NCBI GenBank assembly: GCA_950097015.1 | Contig: CATNEN010000039.1 | Coordinates: 10,354,001-10,418,000 of the forward strand | Origin: Macrostomum hystrix | Lineage: Eukaryota; Animalia; Platyhelminthes | Reading direction: 5' to 3' | DNA length: 64,000 bases | Shown: positions 62,001-64,000 of the stretch, in pieces | Layout of the letters: the number at the start of each line of letters is the position of its first letter | Numbering within the stretch: position 1 is the stretch's first letter | The notes under the pieces: model-generated | The model's database searches: none | What the model saw: the letters and a program-made list of their open reading frames with translations, nothing else | What the model was told of the DNA's origin: nothing | Translations under genes and position numbers: made by a program

Positions 62001-63993
62001 CTTCTACCTCTTTGAGTATTTTAATTGGTTTCTTCTACCTCTTTGAGTATTTTAACTAGTGTCTTCTACCTTAATTTATTGTTCCCATGGTGTCCTTCAC
62101 CCCTATTTATTCGAGTGCTTTAATCTTGTCCGTGATTTCCAACTAATCACATGCACCGCCACCTTCCCACGCCGCAGAATACTACACCTGGCAGAATCCG
62201 GCTGTGCAGTCCGGCTTCACCTTCTGCCAGTATCCGTTTGTGCTGAGCATCCAGGCCAAGCGGAGCATACTGCAGCGGGACAGCGAGACCCAGATGATCA
62301 TCATGGCCAAGCGCAGCCTGGTGGCTGGCGTGGCCAAGCGCTCCCAGCCCAGCATGGATATGCTCTTTCTAAACATCAGCGTCAGGCGCAGCCACCTAGT
62401 TGCCGACTCAATGCGCCAGATATCCGCCAAGCAGAAGGATTTAAAAAAGAAGCTGCGCGTTACATTCGAAGGCGAAGCTGGCTTAGATATGGGCGGCCTG
62501 ACCAAGGAGTGGTTCCTGCTGCTGGTGCGATCCGTGTTCCAGACCAACAGTGGCCTGTTCACCTACAATGCCAGGTAAAAACTTTGAGGCCTTATATCCT
62601 CCACCCCCACATAATTATTTCTGTCCCTTTATTGATTATTTTCTATATAGGCTTCAATGAGTTTAAATGACGTATTTGGGGCGCAGCCGCGGAGAGAATG
62701 CTCAATCACGCCATTGCGGGCAGATATGCACGCCAGTGTGTGAGTGTGTGCTCAGGAGTCAGCGGAATGGGCAGAACTGCCTCTTCGCTGGCTGCTGGTC
62801 TAGTGTCACTAAATGATGTGCCATTGCCCGCAGCCCTCTTGTAAATGTTTTATCATTATTATAATGGGCTTCAATTAAATGGATGCCTTTATGACCCAGG
62901 GATCAAAGTTGCACAGTCGAGTTTCAAATTAAGAGCAATTAAAACAAATGAATCATTATTCTACAAGAAATTTGAAAATATCACAAACTGTTCAAAAGTT
63001 ATGCCTCCTTAACTGCAGTGGGGTACTGCATCTCAATACATAAACAGGAGCTTGAACTAAACTACAATTTTGAAATCTCAAAGAAATTAACCTAATTTGA
63101 ACTTGTGCGCAAAATCTCTAGCGTCATCACTTTCTATATCTATGGTAAAACGTTCATTTGTGAGGACTGAGGACGACATTTGAACTTTTTTGAAAGAGAC
63201 CTGACCTTCTGTTTCCTGTCGCTCCATATGCAGCCTCCATGTTCTTGTTCATGTATTGAGATGCAGTACCCCACTGCAGTTAAGGAGGCATAGCTTTTGA
63301 ACAGTTTGTGATATTTTCAAAATTCTTTAACTGTGAAAAGTTATGTGAAAAGTCCTAAGACTTTTTGTACACCCCTCGTACATGGTTTTAGTGTTCCCTA
63401 ATGCGGTCCAGTCTATGGACATGTGTACATATCGCTGTGCAACTCCCAATGTCAACTGAAACAAACCTTCCAGATCTCGCTGCTACTGGTTCAGTCTGGC
63501 GCCCAAGGATAACCTGCAGGAGTACTATTTGATTGGCGCCCTGATGGGCCTAGCCGTGTACAACTGCATCAATCTGGACGTGCGCTTTCCGTCAATCTGC
63601 TACAAGAAGCTTCTAAGCCCCAGCGTTGTTCCATCGGCGATTGCCACCACGCAGGTTGGCGTCTGTCCCGTCACCCTGGCAGACCTGCGCGAGGCAATGC
63701 CTGACCTGGCCAACGGCCTAAACGAAATGCTTCGTCATCCTGGCGACGTTGCCGAAGATTTCGGCGCCACCTTCGAAGTGGCCTACAACGACGGCGCCGG
63801 AAAGAATCGAACGGCGGAATTGAAACCCGATGGTAAAAATATCGCCGTCACCAATGCCAACAGACAAGAGTACGTCTCTATGTACTGCGATTTCCTGCTC
63901 AACAAAGGCGTTTATAGCAAGTTTCGCAGCTTCTATTTGGGATTCCATCAGGTGTGCGCCAGCAATGCCCTGATCCTTCTGCGGCCAGAGGAG
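59030..63993 (+). CDS. HECTD2: HECT E3 ubiquitin ligase, HECTD2-like, truncated by the window end. Exons: 59030-59281, 60270-60865, 61044-61624, 62178-62574, 63474-63993
   Basis: Frame-consistent GT-AG junctions. Motifs FTFCQYPFVLSIQAKRSILQRDSETQM, FLNISVRRSHLVADS, DLKKKLRVTFEGEAGLDMGGLTKEWFLLL, LIGALMGLAVYN and VTNANRQEYV...LRPEE. The catalytic Cys lies beyond the window. Confidence 0.9.
59420..60075. repeat. ~32-bp minisatellite (gagtagtccttcagggccagaccttcagtcag)n, intronic
   Basis: Tandem periodicity with higher-order variants. Confidence 0.92.
61668..62070. repeat. 31-bp minisatellite (tttgagtattttaattagtgtcttctgcctc)n, intronic
   Basis: Tandem periodicity, ~13 copies. Confidence 0.95.
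62672..62862 (+). mobile_element. SINE family 1 copy, 5'-truncated and internally deleted, in a HECTD2 intron
   Basis: tatttggggcgcagccgcggag...ctcaggagtcagcg..atgggcagaa.tgcctc.tcgctggc...gccattgcccgcagccctc followed by an att-rich tail. Confidence 0.75.
62968..63381. mobile_element. Fold-back DNA-transposon derivative with ~78-bp inverted repeats and a Tc1/mariner-like end
   Basis: tttgaaaatatcacaaactgttcaaaagttatgcctccttaactgcagtggggtactgcatctcaatacat (~62971-63041) is inverted at ~63250-63321; acacccctcgta near 63380 reads tacgaggggtgt on the minus strand. Confidence 0.72.
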
Positions 63994-64000
63994 GTGAGTT

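Noticed and set aside
3776-63993. A functional gene cluster linking convertase, channel and ubiquitin ligases (PC2 activating the channel, E3s removing it)
   Set aside because: Attractive by analogy with furin/Nedd4 control of ENaC, but only adjacency supports it. The channels show no PY motif, HECTD2 lacks WW domains, and orientations are mixed.

Overview
Eukaryotic (animal) genomic DNA with GC-rich spliced exons, AT-rich introns and very dense mini/microsatellites. The style suggests a free-living flatworm such as Macrostomum, but that is inference only. Genes in order: an intronless BIR-UBA-RING IAP (+); an intronless prohormone convertase 2 (-); a spliced two-PDZ PDZRN3/4-type gene without an evident RING (-); a tandem pair of 7-exon DEG/ENaC channel genes (+); a short MYCBPAP-like spliced gene (-); and a HECTD2-like E3 ligase (+) that runs off the window end. 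The most notable result is that both DEG/ENaC subunits carry two complete six-cysteine kringle-like domains in the extracellular finger region, encoded by symmetric phase-1 exons. The two paralogs are also a mosaic of near-identical and strongly diverged exon blocks, consistent with gene conversion. The window also contains tRNA-derived SINE families, fold-back/MITE-like elements and an RTE-type LINE remnant. All exon models were assembled by eye from splice sites and frame continuity, without database searches.
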